From Kiritimatiellia bacterium (GTDB lineage: Bacteria; Verrucomicrobiota; Kiritimatiellia; RFP12; UBA1067), in contig JAKSOZ010000003.1 of assembly GCA_024405265.1 (NCBI GenBank), positions 17,498 through 81,497 on the forward strand: 64,000 nt of DNA, in the 5' to 3' direction. Below, one piece after another: positions 29,092 through 38,040 of the stretch. The notes under the pieces were generated by a model. It saw only the letters and a program-made list of their open reading frames with translations, was not told the DNA's origin and searched no databases. Every line of letters begins with the position of its first letter. Positions within the stretch are counted from its first letter, which is position 1. The position numbers and the translations under genes were made by a program.

Positions 29092-30282
29092 TCAGATCAA
29101 ATGCCCCATTTTTTCTTTCTTAGTCGAAAGATATCTGTGATCGTGTACATTCGCAGGGATCACAATCGGTACTCGTTCGGTGATTTCGATACCATAACCG
29201 TCAAGACCTGCGATCTTGCAAGGATTGTTCGTCATAAGGCGAACCTTTTTGATTCCTAGATCAACGAGCATCTGAGCGCCTTCACCATAGTCGCGGAGAT
29301 CGGGAGCGAAACCCAAGGCAACATTTGCTTCAACCGTATCGAGACCTTCTTCCTGCTTGCGATAAGCGTGAAGCTTATTCGCAAGTCCTATACCTCGACC
29401 TTCCTGACGCATGTAGAGTACCGCGCCACGACCTTCTTTCTCGATCATCTCCATTGCCGTATGAAGTTGCGGACCGCAGTCACAACGCTCGGATCCCAAA
29501 ACGTCTCCTGTGAAGCATTCTGAATGAACGCGTACGAGTACGCTTTCTCCGTCATCAACATTACCTTTGATAAGCGCAAGATGTTCGAGACCCGTCACGC
29601 GACTACGATACATCTTAAGGCGAAAATGTCCATGATCAGTCGGAAGATCAACTTCCTCGACTGCTTCGACGAGTTTATCATTCTTACGACGATACGCGAT
29701 CAAGTCCGCAATCGACATAAGCTTAAGACCATGCTTCTTCTTGAACTCGACGACATCATCAAGGCGCGCCATATTGCCGTCATCCTTCATGATTTCGCAA
29801 CAAAGCCCGACTTCCTTGAGCCCCGCGAGGCGGCAAAGGTCAACCGTCGCTTCGGTGTGACCGGCACGCTTAAGAACGCCGCCTTCACGCGCCTCCAAGG
29901 GGAACATGTGCCCTGGACGACGGAAGTCGTCCGGCTTAACGTTTTCTTCGACCGTCTTCAACGCCGTCATCGAACGTTCAGCGGCGGAAATGCCGGTAGT
30001 CGTATTAATGCCATCGATCGATACCGTGAATGCCGTCTGATGATTATCTGTATTCTGATGAACCATCTGAGGGAGGTCGAGCTTACGGCAATATTCACGC
30101 GACATAGGCATACAAATCAGCCCCCTCGCATACGTCGCCATGAAGTTCACATTCGCGGTGGTAGCGAATTCCGCCGCGCAGATGCAATCACCTTCGTTTT
30201 CGCGGTCTTCATCGTCAGTAACGAGAATCACCTCGCCCCGACGAAGCGCCGACAAGCAATCTTCTACTGAATCGAAAATCAT
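29092..30282 (-). CDS. ribBA: Bifunctional 3,4-dihydroxy-2-butanone-4-phosphate synthase / GTP cyclohydrolase II
   Basis: Start set at MIFDSVEDCLSALRRGEVILVTDDEDRENEGD (RibB). The C-terminal half carries VHSECFTGDVLGSERCDCGPQL (RibA). The track start 30450 overlaps pyrE. Confidence 0.93.
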   Translation of the reverse strand: MIFDSVEDCLSALRRGEVILVTDDEDRENEGDCICAAEFATTANVNFMATYARGLICMPMSREYCRKLDLPQMVHQNTDNHQTAFTVSIDGINTTTGISAAERSMTALKTVEENVKPDDFRRPGHMFPLEAREGGVLKRAGHTEATVDLCRLAGLKEVGLCCEIMKDDGNMARLDDVVEFKKKHGLKLMSIADLIAYRRKNDKLVEAVEEVDLPTDHGHFRLKMYRSRVTGLEHLALIKGNVDDGESVLVRVHSECFTGDVLGSERCDCGPQLHTAMEMIEKEGRGAVLYMRQEGRGIGLANKLHAYRKQEEGLDTVEANVALGFAPDLRDYGEGAQMLVDLGIKKVRLMTNNPCKIAGLDGYGIEITERVPIVIPANVHDHRYLSTKKEKMGHLI

Positions 30283-30284
30283 AA

Positions 30285-30896
30285 TTACGAACCGGGATGG
30301 ACGGGATGTCCGCCAGCCTTGCACATCGGGCACTCTTCTGCAGTCCAAGTTTCGGGCGTCATCTGCATAAGCGAGAACATCGGGATATCGCCAAATGTGA
30401 CCTTGCCGGACGAACGGTCGACGAGAAGAACGACTGCCGCGACTTCGCATCCCGCCGCCTTGACGAGGTCAATCGTTTCCTGAACACGGCCACCCTTCGT
30501 GACGACGTCTTCAGCGACTACATAACGTTCTCCGGGATTAAGTTTGAAACGGCGCATCGCGAGAACGGTATTGGGTTTACCCGTCGCGTCAACGCCATCA
30601 CCCTGAACCTTTTCGGCGAAAACACACTTCGTATCAAGCGCACGAGCGACTTCATGTCCGACAAGGATGCCGCCGACTGCGGGAGAAATGACTCCGTCGA
30701 TTCTGCCGATATCACATCCCGCCTTCATTTTTTCCACAACCGCGTCGCAAAGCTTCGCGGCAATACGCGGATAACGAAGGACATTCGCGCACTGGAAATA
30801 GCGATTCGAGTGAAGCTTCGAGCGGAGTTCGAAGTGCCCCTCCAAAAGAGCGTCAGTATCCTTGAAAGCCTGCAATACTTCTTCTTGCGTCATCAT
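30285..30896 (-). CDS. pyrE: Orotate phosphoribosyltransferase
   Basis: 203 aa. GHFELRSKLHSNRYFQ and PRPP-binding loop YVVAEDVVTKGG. Confidence 0.9.
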   Translation of the reverse strand: MMTQEEVLQAFKDTDALLEGHFELRSKLHSNRYFQCANVLRYPRIAAKLCDAVVEKMKAGCDIGRIDGVISPAVGGILVGHEVARALDTKCVFAEKVQGDGVDATGKPNTVLAMRRFKLNPGERYVVAEDVVTKGGRVQETIDLVKAAGCEVAAVVLLVDRSSGKVTFGDIPMFSLMQMTPETWTAEECPMCKAGGHPVHPGS

Positions 30897-30907
30897 ATTA
30901 ACTTTCC

Positions 30908-31369
30908 TTATTTGAGTTTCAATAAACCATCTTTTTCGAAAACATCAGTTCGCTCTCTCGCTCGCAGTTCAATTTTCTTGACCGGTTTCGCCGCTAGCGA
31001 AGGCGGTATCAAAGAGACTTTCCCCATATCTTTCGACTGTCGATCGAGCACATGAATAATGGGCAAATCAACTACACTTTTAGAATCCAATTCCGGAAGC
31101 CACTCAATCGTCATATCGATATTAAGCGAGTTTTCATCTCGCTGCCACGCATTACGCGATCGCGCTATCAAATCAGATTCTTCCTCTAAAGTAAGGAACA
31201 CGATCGAAGCCTTAGGAGTAAGTTCCGCTTCGCTACCGGAACTTTCGAATCCGATCGCACCATAAGGAAATACGAGCGCAAGCAACAAGGGGGTAATCAT
31301 AACCGCCATAAGCGAAAGGATTTCACTTTGCAAGCTGCGTTGAGCACCATATTTCACAGGCGAACTCAT
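30908..31369 (-). CDS. Hypothetical membrane-anchored protein (possible TonB/TolA-like partner of ExbBD)
   Basis: 153 aa with one TM helix (LSLMAVMITPLLLALVF). Start overlaps the exbD stop by 4 nt. No family recognised. Confidence 0.5.
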   Translation of the reverse strand: MSSPVKYGAQRSLQSEILSLMAVMITPLLLALVFPYGAIGFESSGSEAELTPKASIVFLTLEEESDLIARSRNAWQRDENSLNIDMTIEWLPELDSKSVVDLPIIHVLDRQSKDMGKVSLIPPSLAAKPVKKIELRARERTDVFEKDGLLKLK

Positions 31370-31779
31370 TCGTTGATATTCTCCGCCTTACGTTCCGCAA
31401 TCAATATTCGCACTATTCCGGCTCGTTTAGCCACAGAAGCGAGCTTCATCAATTCATCGGTAGGGACGCGCTTATCTACCATCAATATTAATGAACGATT
31501 CGCCTGTCTTGAGGCCACTTCTCTTAAATGACTCTCAAAACGCTCCAGCGAACTCTCGTCGTCAATCTGATAACGCGCATCATCGACAAATACGAGCGTT
31601 TCCCGAGCCGAAGGGAATACCACCGCAACTAACGCGGAGCTATCGCCTTCATTCGCACCGTACGCAGGCAAATCAAAAAGCACGCCCTTCGCGGAAGTGA
31701 ACGTTCCTCCTATCATCCAAATCATAACCAGAAGGAATACGACCGACAACCAGGCGGATATTATCGAAAGATTCTTCAC
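31366..31779 (-). CDS. exbD: Biopolymer transporter ExbD/TolR
   Basis: 137 aa. N-terminal TM helix followed by the periplasmic domain LILMVDKRVPTDELMKLASVAKRAGIVRILIA, typical of ExbD/TolR. Confidence 0.85.
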   Translation of the reverse strand: MKNLSIISAWLSVVFLLVMIWMIGGTFTSAKGVLFDLPAYGANEGDSSALVAVVFPSARETLVFVDDARYQIDDESSLERFESHLREVASRQANRSLILMVDKRVPTDELMKLASVAKRAGIVRILIAERKAENINE

Positions 31780-32396
31780 TTGGCTTCTCCCGAATGCAAG
31801 CTAGAGATGAATCCTACGATTTGACTGGCCGCCGCGTCCAAATCACTTACGATGCGATTCATTCTGTTTCGCAGATTGGTAGCCATGACGACGACAGGAA
31901 TCATTACCATCAGTCCAAGCGCCGCCGCTACCATAGCCTCCATGGCAGAATTCATAAGATCCGCGCGAGCCACAAGAGCTTCTGCATCCATCAGAAGAAT
32001 TGTTTTGATAAAACCGATAATCGTGCCTAAAAGTCCTAGAAGCGGGGCTATTTCGCCAATGACCGAAAGCACTGAGAGCCTACGTACCAGACGAGAGGCG
32101 TCAGCTCGTTTCTGAGAGTCAACGGCTTCTCGTAAAGAGCGTTCTCCCGCGTCACGATTGCGGATCGCCACAGCAACGACATTAGCCACCGGAACCATCG
32201 TATCTTCGCATATCGCGAGAGCTTCTTCTACGTTGCCTTGCTTTAGAATATTCTTCGCGCCGTTAACGAAGTCTTGCCAATCTATCTGACAACGGCGCAA
32301 CTCTATCAAGCGTTCGAAGTATACGACAATTGCCGCAACAGCCAAAATCAGTAGCAACCAAAATACGGGGCCTCCGGTAATCGTAAAGGACGTCAT
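31776..32396 (-). CDS. exbB: MotA/TolQ/ExbB proton channel protein
   Basis: 206 aa, three TM helices. Conserved LSVIGEIAPLLGLLGTIIGFI segment. Confidence 0.88.
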   Translation of the reverse strand: MTSFTITGGPVFWLLLILAVAAIVVYFERLIELRRCQIDWQDFVNGAKNILKQGNVEEALAICEDTMVPVANVVAVAIRNRDAGERSLREAVDSQKRADASRLVRRLSVLSVIGEIAPLLGLLGTIIGFIKTILLMDAEALVARADLMNSAMEAMVAAALGLMVMIPVVVMATNLRNRMNRIVSDLDAAASQIVGFISSLHSGEAK

Positions 32397-34399
32397 AAGA
32401 ATTTACCTTTCGCTTCTATGCGCTCGATTTGCTTTTCGGCTTCGAATTGAGCATTTACGCCGCTTGTTAAAATCAGCGTCAGGACTTTAATCGCTTGGAA
32501 GTCCCGGCCTCGGCTTTCGTATTCATTGGCAAGACGGAAGCCGGCCTTTGAAAACGATCCTCTTGCCTCATCATCATAGATTACACCTTTCTCGGCGCCA
32601 TCATGAAAAGCGAGAACGACATTCGAATAATATCGATCAATCGCTTCTTCAAGTCGTTTAAGTTTTTCCAAAGTACGAGCAATCTTGTATTCGACTACAA
32701 TTTTATCCGAGTCGGAAATAAGCGCATCGTCTCTTATATCGCGGTAAAGATTAAGTGCGTCTTCGTATCGCTTGGAATTATCCGCACCCAAAGCAAACAA
32801 CGCGTCAGCTCTTAGCGTCCTGGCCTTTAGATTCAAGCTTTCACTTACATCCCCCAGCATTACCACTCGTTCAAGCACAAGTATCGCCTCATCAAAACGC
32901 GCGAGTTGAATAAGAGCTTCGCCTTGAACGATAAGCGCCGCAGCAACAGCAGTCGACTCCGGATAATTTGCCGCGAGACTGGTAGCTAGCGAAATCGCTT
33001 TCGAAAAATCGCCGGCTGAAAAAGCTGCTCTCGCCGCCCACAATAAAGCATAAGGTGCTTCTCCGGCAAGAGGAATTTCCCTGACGTAGCGCGAGAATAG
33101 GCTCTCCGCCTCATCCCAATCTCCGCGATTATAAGCAACCTTCGCCAACCACAAAATGGAGTCCGTTCTAACCTTCTCGTCTCGCTTTTCTTCGGCGAGC
33201 TTTTTTGCCAGAGCCTCCGCCTCCGCATCACGCCCCTGTCCATAAAGACACAGCACCTTGAAGTATGACATTTTAAGCGTAAGATCATTATCCGCTTCCG
33301 CTATCTTATCGAACGCCTCTGCCGCGTCGGCAAAACGATACTCGTGAAACGCATCTCGGCCGATAACCTCAAGTTCTCTGAGCTTCAGATAGTTTCTAAG
33401 ACGCTTAGCGGCAACCGTATCCGGAAATTTATCCCGGATCACGTGGTATTGATTCATCGCCTCGCTACCTCTTCCTGATGCCGAAAGCGCGTCCGCAAGT
33501 TTAAGGAGCGCGAGTGACTTGGTTTCTTTATCATCGGAAAGATTATCAACTTGAGTGAAATCGGAAATAGCCTCTTCATATTTTCCGAGCTTCAAATTGG
33601 CCCACCCGCGTCCTTCCAGAAATTCAGTATCGGCAATCAGGTTAGGCCAAATTCCAAGCGCTTCCTCATATACGGCGATAGCCGAACTCCAAGCTCCCTC
33701 GTCAAGGTGCATCTTCGCGAGTTCCAAGTATGACGAAACCGCGCCATACGAATCCGGCGCGTCCTTAACGACTTCTTTTATCGTCTTCACCGCAACTTCG
33801 CGTTTTTCAGGATTTTTAAGGTCACTGATCGCGACTTTCAACGATGCGACTCGTTTGACGATTGCCGGCACTGTCGATGAAACGGCCAGTGTCTTATAAA
33901 TATCAAGCGCCGCATTCGCTTTATCCAATTTCGAAAGCAGTGATGCTTTGATCAATAAAGATCCCCAATCTTCTGCCTTTGATTCTTCCAAAAAAGCGAA
34001 TGCCTTATCATATTGAGCTTTGGTGATTTCGATTTCGCTCTTGATTCGCGCGGCGAAACGAGCATTAGCTTCTTCTGCGAAGTTCAAATCTCGCAACTGT
34101 TCCTCCGCGTTTATAATATCTCCGGTTCGTAGAAGCGCCGCGCTTTGATAAAGACGATACAACTCCCCCTCGGGATAATTCCAAGCCTCTAGGTTATCCA
34201 AGACTTTATGCCAATCGCCCTCCATGGCAAAAGACTCAAGGATAACCAACTTGGAGTTTTCGCCCTCGGATTTTTCGGCATGGTAACGAGCCAAGTCCCA
34301 CAGGCCATCTCTGAGTGCTGCCTGAGCGATTTCAAACTCATCGGCAAAGACGATAAGTGAAAATAGCGCGACAATCAAAAGAGAAACCGACTTTCTCAA
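32393..34399 (-). CDS. Secreted tetratricopeptide-repeat protein
   Basis: TPR-like repeats throughout. Start proposed at TTG 34399 (RKSVSLLIVALFSLIVFA signal peptide), which overlaps the era stop as TTGA. The track start 34453 would overlap era by 58 nt. Confidence 0.75.
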   Translation of the reverse strand: MRKSVSLLIVALFSLIVFADEFEIAQAALRDGLWDLARYHAEKSEGENSKLVILESFAMEGDWHKVLDNLEAWNYPEGELYRLYQSAALLRTGDIINAEEQLRDLNFAEEANARFAARIKSEIEITKAQYDKAFAFLEESKAEDWGSLLIKASLLSKLDKANAALDIYKTLAVSSTVPAIVKRVASLKVAISDLKNPEKREVAVKTIKEVVKDAPDSYGAVSSYLELAKMHLDEGAWSSAIAVYEEALGIWPNLIADTEFLEGRGWANLKLGKYEEAISDFTQVDNLSDDKETKSLALLKLADALSASGRGSEAMNQYHVIRDKFPDTVAAKRLRNYLKLRELEVIGRDAFHEYRFADAAEAFDKIAEADNDLTLKMSYFKVLCLYGQGRDAEAEALAKKLAEEKRDEKVRTDSILWLAKVAYNRGDWDEAESLFSRYVREIPLAGEAPYALLWAARAAFSAGDFSKAISLATSLAANYPESTAVAAALIVQGEALIQLARFDEAILVLERVVMLGDVSESLNLKARTLRADALFALGADNSKRYEDALNLYRDIRDDALISDSDKIVVEYKIARTLEKLKRLEEAIDRYYSNVVLAFHDGAEKGVIYDDEARGSFSKAGFRLANEYESRGRDFQAIKVLTLILTSGVNAQFEAEKQIERIEAKGKFL

Positions 34400-35334
34400 A
34401 TCTCGCCTCCCATATATCCCATATCGGTTAAAAGCCGCTTGTTCTTCATCCAATTAGGGATCACTTCAACCCAGAGCTCAAGCGCGATCTTCACTCCGAA
34501 AATATCTTTGAGCTCTCGCTCGGCGCACTTTCTGACATATTTGATCGTTTCCGCGCCCTTACCGATTACGATCGGTTTTTGGCTAGCGCGATTGACAATA
34601 ATCGATACCGTCACGTCCCAACGATTCGAATCTTCCTTAATGTCTTTAACCAGAATGCCCATTTCATGCGGAACTTCCTGATGCATCTTGGCAAGATACT
34701 TCTCGCGAATCGAGTCGGCAATCGTCATCTTCCTCGGATAGTCGGTTACGATATCTTCGTCGAAGAGCAATTCGCCTTCTTCCGCAAAATCGAAAAGCGT
34801 ATCAAGAACCTGATTTCCTCCGCCCTCGGTAGTGGAAATCGCCTTTACCCAAATGGGCTCAACGATCTTCACTTCACCTTCACCTTGGCTCTTCACCTGC
34901 AAAGCTTCATGCTTTGCTTCTTCCCACGCATCGCGAAACATCGACTCGAAGAACGGCGCCTTATCGGCCTTATTAAGGACAAAAACGACCTTCTCGCTAC
35001 GCTCCTTGGCAACGCGAGTCATCCACCCCATATCTTCCATTTGCGGCGCGGAAGCGGCATCGAAAACGACACAGAGGATATCGGTTCCCGCAGCGGACCT
35101 ACGCGCCATACGATTCAATATCTTACCGAGTTCGCCGACCGCTTTATGGAGTCCCGGAGTATCGAGCAAAACTAGCTGACCACGCTCGTCTGCCACAATA
35201 CCGCGAATCGTATTACGCGTCGTTTGCTCGACGGGAGAAACGATCGAGACCTTCTCGCCTACGAGACGGTTCATTAGAGTCGACTTACCTGCGTTAGTGC
35301 GCCCGACAATGCCTACTATAGCGACTTTCTTCAT
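34396..35334 (-). CDS. era: GTPase Era
   Basis: G1 GRTNAGKST, G3 DTPG, G4 NKAD, and a C-terminal KH domain. Confidence 0.95.
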   Translation of the reverse strand: MKKVAIVGIVGRTNAGKSTLMNRLVGEKVSIVSPVEQTTRNTIRGIVADERGQLVLLDTPGLHKAVGELGKILNRMARRSAAGTDILCVVFDAASAPQMEDMGWMTRVAKERSEKVVFVLNKADKAPFFESMFRDAWEEAKHEALQVKSQGEGEVKIVEPIWVKAISTTEGGGNQVLDTLFDFAEEGELLFDEDIVTDYPRKMTIADSIREKYLAKMHQEVPHEMGILVKDIKEDSNRWDVTVSIIVNRASQKPIVIGKGAETIKYVRKCAERELKDIFGVKIALELWVEVIPNWMKNKRLLTDMGYMGGEI

Positions 35335-35338
35335 AAAA

Positions 35339-35905
35339 TCACTTAGCGGAAATTACAAGCGATCGATTGGCGACATGAAAATGTTCGCTCTCCGGAGGCA
35401 AAGCGATACCCTCATAGGTGTCGCCGACCGAAGACGGAATCATAATCACTTTCCCGGCCCCTTTAACGACAATAGTCGGATTATTATCTCCGGCAATAAG
35501 GCGCGAAAGTATAATCGTATGATCGGTGTTGATTGTCAAAGTTCCATTAATTTTAATCTTCGAAGTATTGTAATATTTGAATGTACTATTGCTATCGCTA
35601 CCAAGACCGCCTACTTTCATATACTGAGCCCAATTGGCCGTCGACCCAAGCGTACAATTTTCCAATGTCAGCTCTGATTGGGCTGTGCGAACACGAATAC
35701 CCTTATCGCCTAACGACCAAGTGCCGCCGCTCAAGGTGACATAAACTGCAGTCTTATCAGTATACTCGATTCCGTCGTATGTTCCACCCGAGGTAATCGT
35801 CTGTCCGTTTTTACCATTCAGTGAAAGCACTTGCGCCTGCGCGACGAACATCGCCACAAACGCAATCGTAGCGCACAAACTTACCTTATAAAAACTATTT
35901 CTCAT
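35339..35905 (-). CDS. Hypothetical secreted protein (beta-rich)
   Basis: 188 aa. Signal peptide SLCATIAFVAMFVAQAQ. T/G/S-rich beta-strand-like body. No family recognised. Confidence 0.6.
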   Translation of the reverse strand: MRNSFYKVSLCATIAFVAMFVAQAQVLSLNGKNGQTITSGGTYDGIEYTDKTAVYVTLSGGTWSLGDKGIRVRTAQSELTLENCTLGSTANWAQYMKVGGLGSDSNSTFKYYNTSKIKINGTLTINTDHTIILSRLIAGDNNPTIVVKGAGKVIMIPSSVGDTYEGIALPPESEHFHVANRSLVISAK

Positions 35906-35914
35906 ATAGAGTGA

Positions 35915-35923
35915 ATTATATCA
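35915..35923 (-). promoter_or_regulatory. Putative extended -10 promoter (TGATATAAT), near-leaderless
   Basis: Minus strand reads TGATATAAT-TCACTCTAT-ATG (ATG at 35905). The element overlaps the rdgB stop codon. Confidence 0.45.
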
Positions 35924-36484
35924 TTTTTGTATGAGTGCGCGCAACTTCTCAAGCGCCCTTCCTCGATGAGAGATCGCATTCTTTTCATCCGCCGTCAAAT
36001 CGGCGAAGCTTACGTCGTAGCCATCAGGAATAAACAAGGGATCATAGCCGAAACCGGAAGCGCCCGAAGGCACATCGGCAATTACCCCGGGGCATAACCC
36101 TTCGACGATATGTTCTTTACCTTCTGGATCAACAATGGCACAAACGCAAGTAAACCTTGCGCGGCGATTCGTAACTCCCATCATATTCTTAAGTAACAGC
36201 GCATTGTTGGCGGGCGTCGACGAGGGCTCTCCTGCATAACGAGCGGAGTGAACGCCTGGCGCGCCGCCGAGAGCTTCGACTTCAAGTCCCGAATCGTCAG
36301 CCATTGCCCACGAGCCCTTATGCTTCGCGGAAATCGCGCGCACCTTGATAAGCGCATTTCCCGCGAAATCGGGAGCGTTTTCCTCAACCCCTTCGGGATC
36401 ATCCGGAATAATAGTGAAATTCGGGAGAATCTCAGAGATCTCCCGAATTTTGTGTGCGTTATGAGTCGCTACGTAGAGGTTCAT
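35921..36484 (-). CDS. rdgB: dITP/XTP pyrophosphatase (RdgB/HAM1 family)
   Basis: 187 aa. VATHNAHKIREI, GAPGVHSARYAG and FGYDPLFIP are HAM1 motifs. Confidence 0.92.
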   Translation of the reverse strand: MNLYVATHNAHKIREISEILPNFTIIPDDPEGVEENAPDFAGNALIKVRAISAKHKGSWAMADDSGLEVEALGGAPGVHSARYAGEPSSTPANNALLLKNMMGVTNRRARFTCVCAIVDPEGKEHIVEGLCPGVIADVPSGASGFGYDPLFIPDGYDVSFADLTADEKNAISHRGRALEKLRALIQK

Positions 36485-36490
36485 ATCTTA

Positions 36491-37768
36491 TCAGATATTG
36501 ATGCGGAGCGTCGTTTCACGCGCAGGACCGACCGAAAGGACGCCGAGCTTGCCGCCGACGAGGTCGAGAATGCGGTTGATGTACTTCTTCGCGTTCTCAG
36601 GGAGCGCCGCGTAATCGGTGATGTGCGAGGTTTCGCATTCCCAACCGGGCATCTCTTCGTAGACGGGCGTGCAATCCTTAAGAACATCGAGATCTGCGGG
36701 GAAGGTCTGATAGACGAACCCATCGGAGCGCTTGTAGCCCGTGCAAATCTTGACGACCTTGAACGTATCGAGAACGTCGAGCTTCGTCATCGCCCAGAAG
36801 TCAATACCGTTGACGCGCTGAGCATAGCGGGCAACGACGGCATCGAACCAACCGCAACGACGCGGACGACCGGTAGTAGCGCCGAATTCACCACCGCGCG
36901 AACGCAAGGTTTCGCCGTCTTCGTCGAAAAGTTCCGTGGGGAACGGGCCTTCGCCGACGCGAGTCGTGTAGAGCTTAAGTACGCCGATGACACGGTCGAT
37001 CGAGCGCGGCGAAACGCCGGAGCCCGTGCAAGCGCCACCCGCCGTCGGGTTCGAGCTCGTCACATAGGGGTAAGTTCCGAAGTCGATATCGAGCATCGTC
37101 GCCTGAGCGCCTTCGAAGAGGACCGACTTCTTCTGATCGAGATTCTCATGGAGGAACTGGATCGTGTCGGTAACATAAGGCATGAGCGCGGGAACCATCG
37201 GCGTATAGAGTTTGACCATCTCTTCCGCGTCGAGTTCCTGCGCGCCGAGGGTCTTCAAAGTGCGGTTAGCTTCAGCGACCTGATCGCGAATGAGATCGAG
37301 GAAGTTGGGCTTCAAGATATCGCCGACGCGCATACCATAGCGACCGACTTTCGCCGCGTAGGCGGGACCGATGCCGCGACCAGTCGTACCGATCTTCTTA
37401 CCCTCGGGACGAGCGGCCTCTTCGGCTTTATCGATCGCGCGGTGCCACTGCATAACCATCTGAGCACGCTCGGAGATGTGGAAGCGGCCCATAATGTCGA
37501 AGCCCCAGCTCTTCACTTCATCGAGTTCGCGCATAAGGTCGAACGGATCCATAACGACGCCGTTGCCGATAACGCAGTGCTTGCCGCCATGAAGAACGCC
37601 AGAAGGAACGAGGTGAAGGACATACTTCTTATCCCCGACGACGACCGTGTGACCGGCGTTCGAGCCGCCCTGGAAACGAACGACGACGTCCGCCTCTTCG
37701 GTCAAGAAGTCGATGACCTTACCCTTACCTTCATCACCCCACTGCGCACCGATAAGTACCGTATTCAT
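36491..37768 (-). CDS. purA: Adenylosuccinate synthase
   Basis: 425 aa. N-terminal GAQWGDEGKGKVID P-loop and GTTGRGIGPAY. Confidence 0.97.
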   Translation of the reverse strand: MNTVLIGAQWGDEGKGKVIDFLTEEADVVVRFQGGSNAGHTVVVGDKKYVLHLVPSGVLHGGKHCVIGNGVVMDPFDLMRELDEVKSWGFDIMGRFHISERAQMVMQWHRAIDKAEEAARPEGKKIGTTGRGIGPAYAAKVGRYGMRVGDILKPNFLDLIRDQVAEANRTLKTLGAQELDAEEMVKLYTPMVPALMPYVTDTIQFLHENLDQKKSVLFEGAQATMLDIDFGTYPYVTSSNPTAGGACTGSGVSPRSIDRVIGVLKLYTTRVGEGPFPTELFDEDGETLRSRGGEFGATTGRPRRCGWFDAVVARYAQRVNGIDFWAMTKLDVLDTFKVVKICTGYKRSDGFVYQTFPADLDVLKDCTPVYEEMPGWECETSHITDYAALPENAKKYINRILDLVGGKLGVLSVGPARETTLRINI

Positions 37769-37780
37769 TTTTACTTGTCC

Positions 37781-38026
37781 TTACATTTTACGGCTCGTCA
37801 CTTCAATGACGTTGACCTGATTTCTAAGTTGAAGAATGATTTGATTGACGACTTTCTGCGTCGCGAGAACGTCGATTTTCATGTGCGAGACAGTGCCGTC
37901 TTCGGTAGGTCCTACATGAAGTGCCTGAATATTGTAGCCTCGACCGGAGATAAGCCCGACCATACGCGCCAAGACGCCCGGCTTGTTTTCGACGTAACAG
38001 TTAAGACGATAGATTTCTTCGTTCAT
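37781..38026 (-). CDS. ilvN: Acetolactate synthase small (regulatory) subunit, short ACT-only form
   Basis: 81 aa. ACT domain VENKPGVLARMVGLISGRGYNIQAL. Immediately downstream of ilvB. Confidence 0.8.
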   Translation of the reverse strand: MNEEIYRLNCYVENKPGVLARMVGLISGRGYNIQALHVGPTEDGTVSHMKIDVLATQKVVNQIILQLRNQVNVIEVTSRKM

Positions 38027-38040
38027 AGTCGTTAAATCCT

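Noticed and set aside
30283-30284. Expected FMN riboswitch upstream of ribBA
   Set aside because: Only 2 nt separate the pyrE stop from the ribBA start, so there is no room for a riboswitch. ribBA appears to be read as part of the pyrE transcript.
36248-38035. 595-aa plus-strand ORF
   Set aside because: It spans the antisense of rdgB, purA and ilvN, crossing two intergenic gaps. It has no motifs and is R-rich, so it is a shadow ORF.
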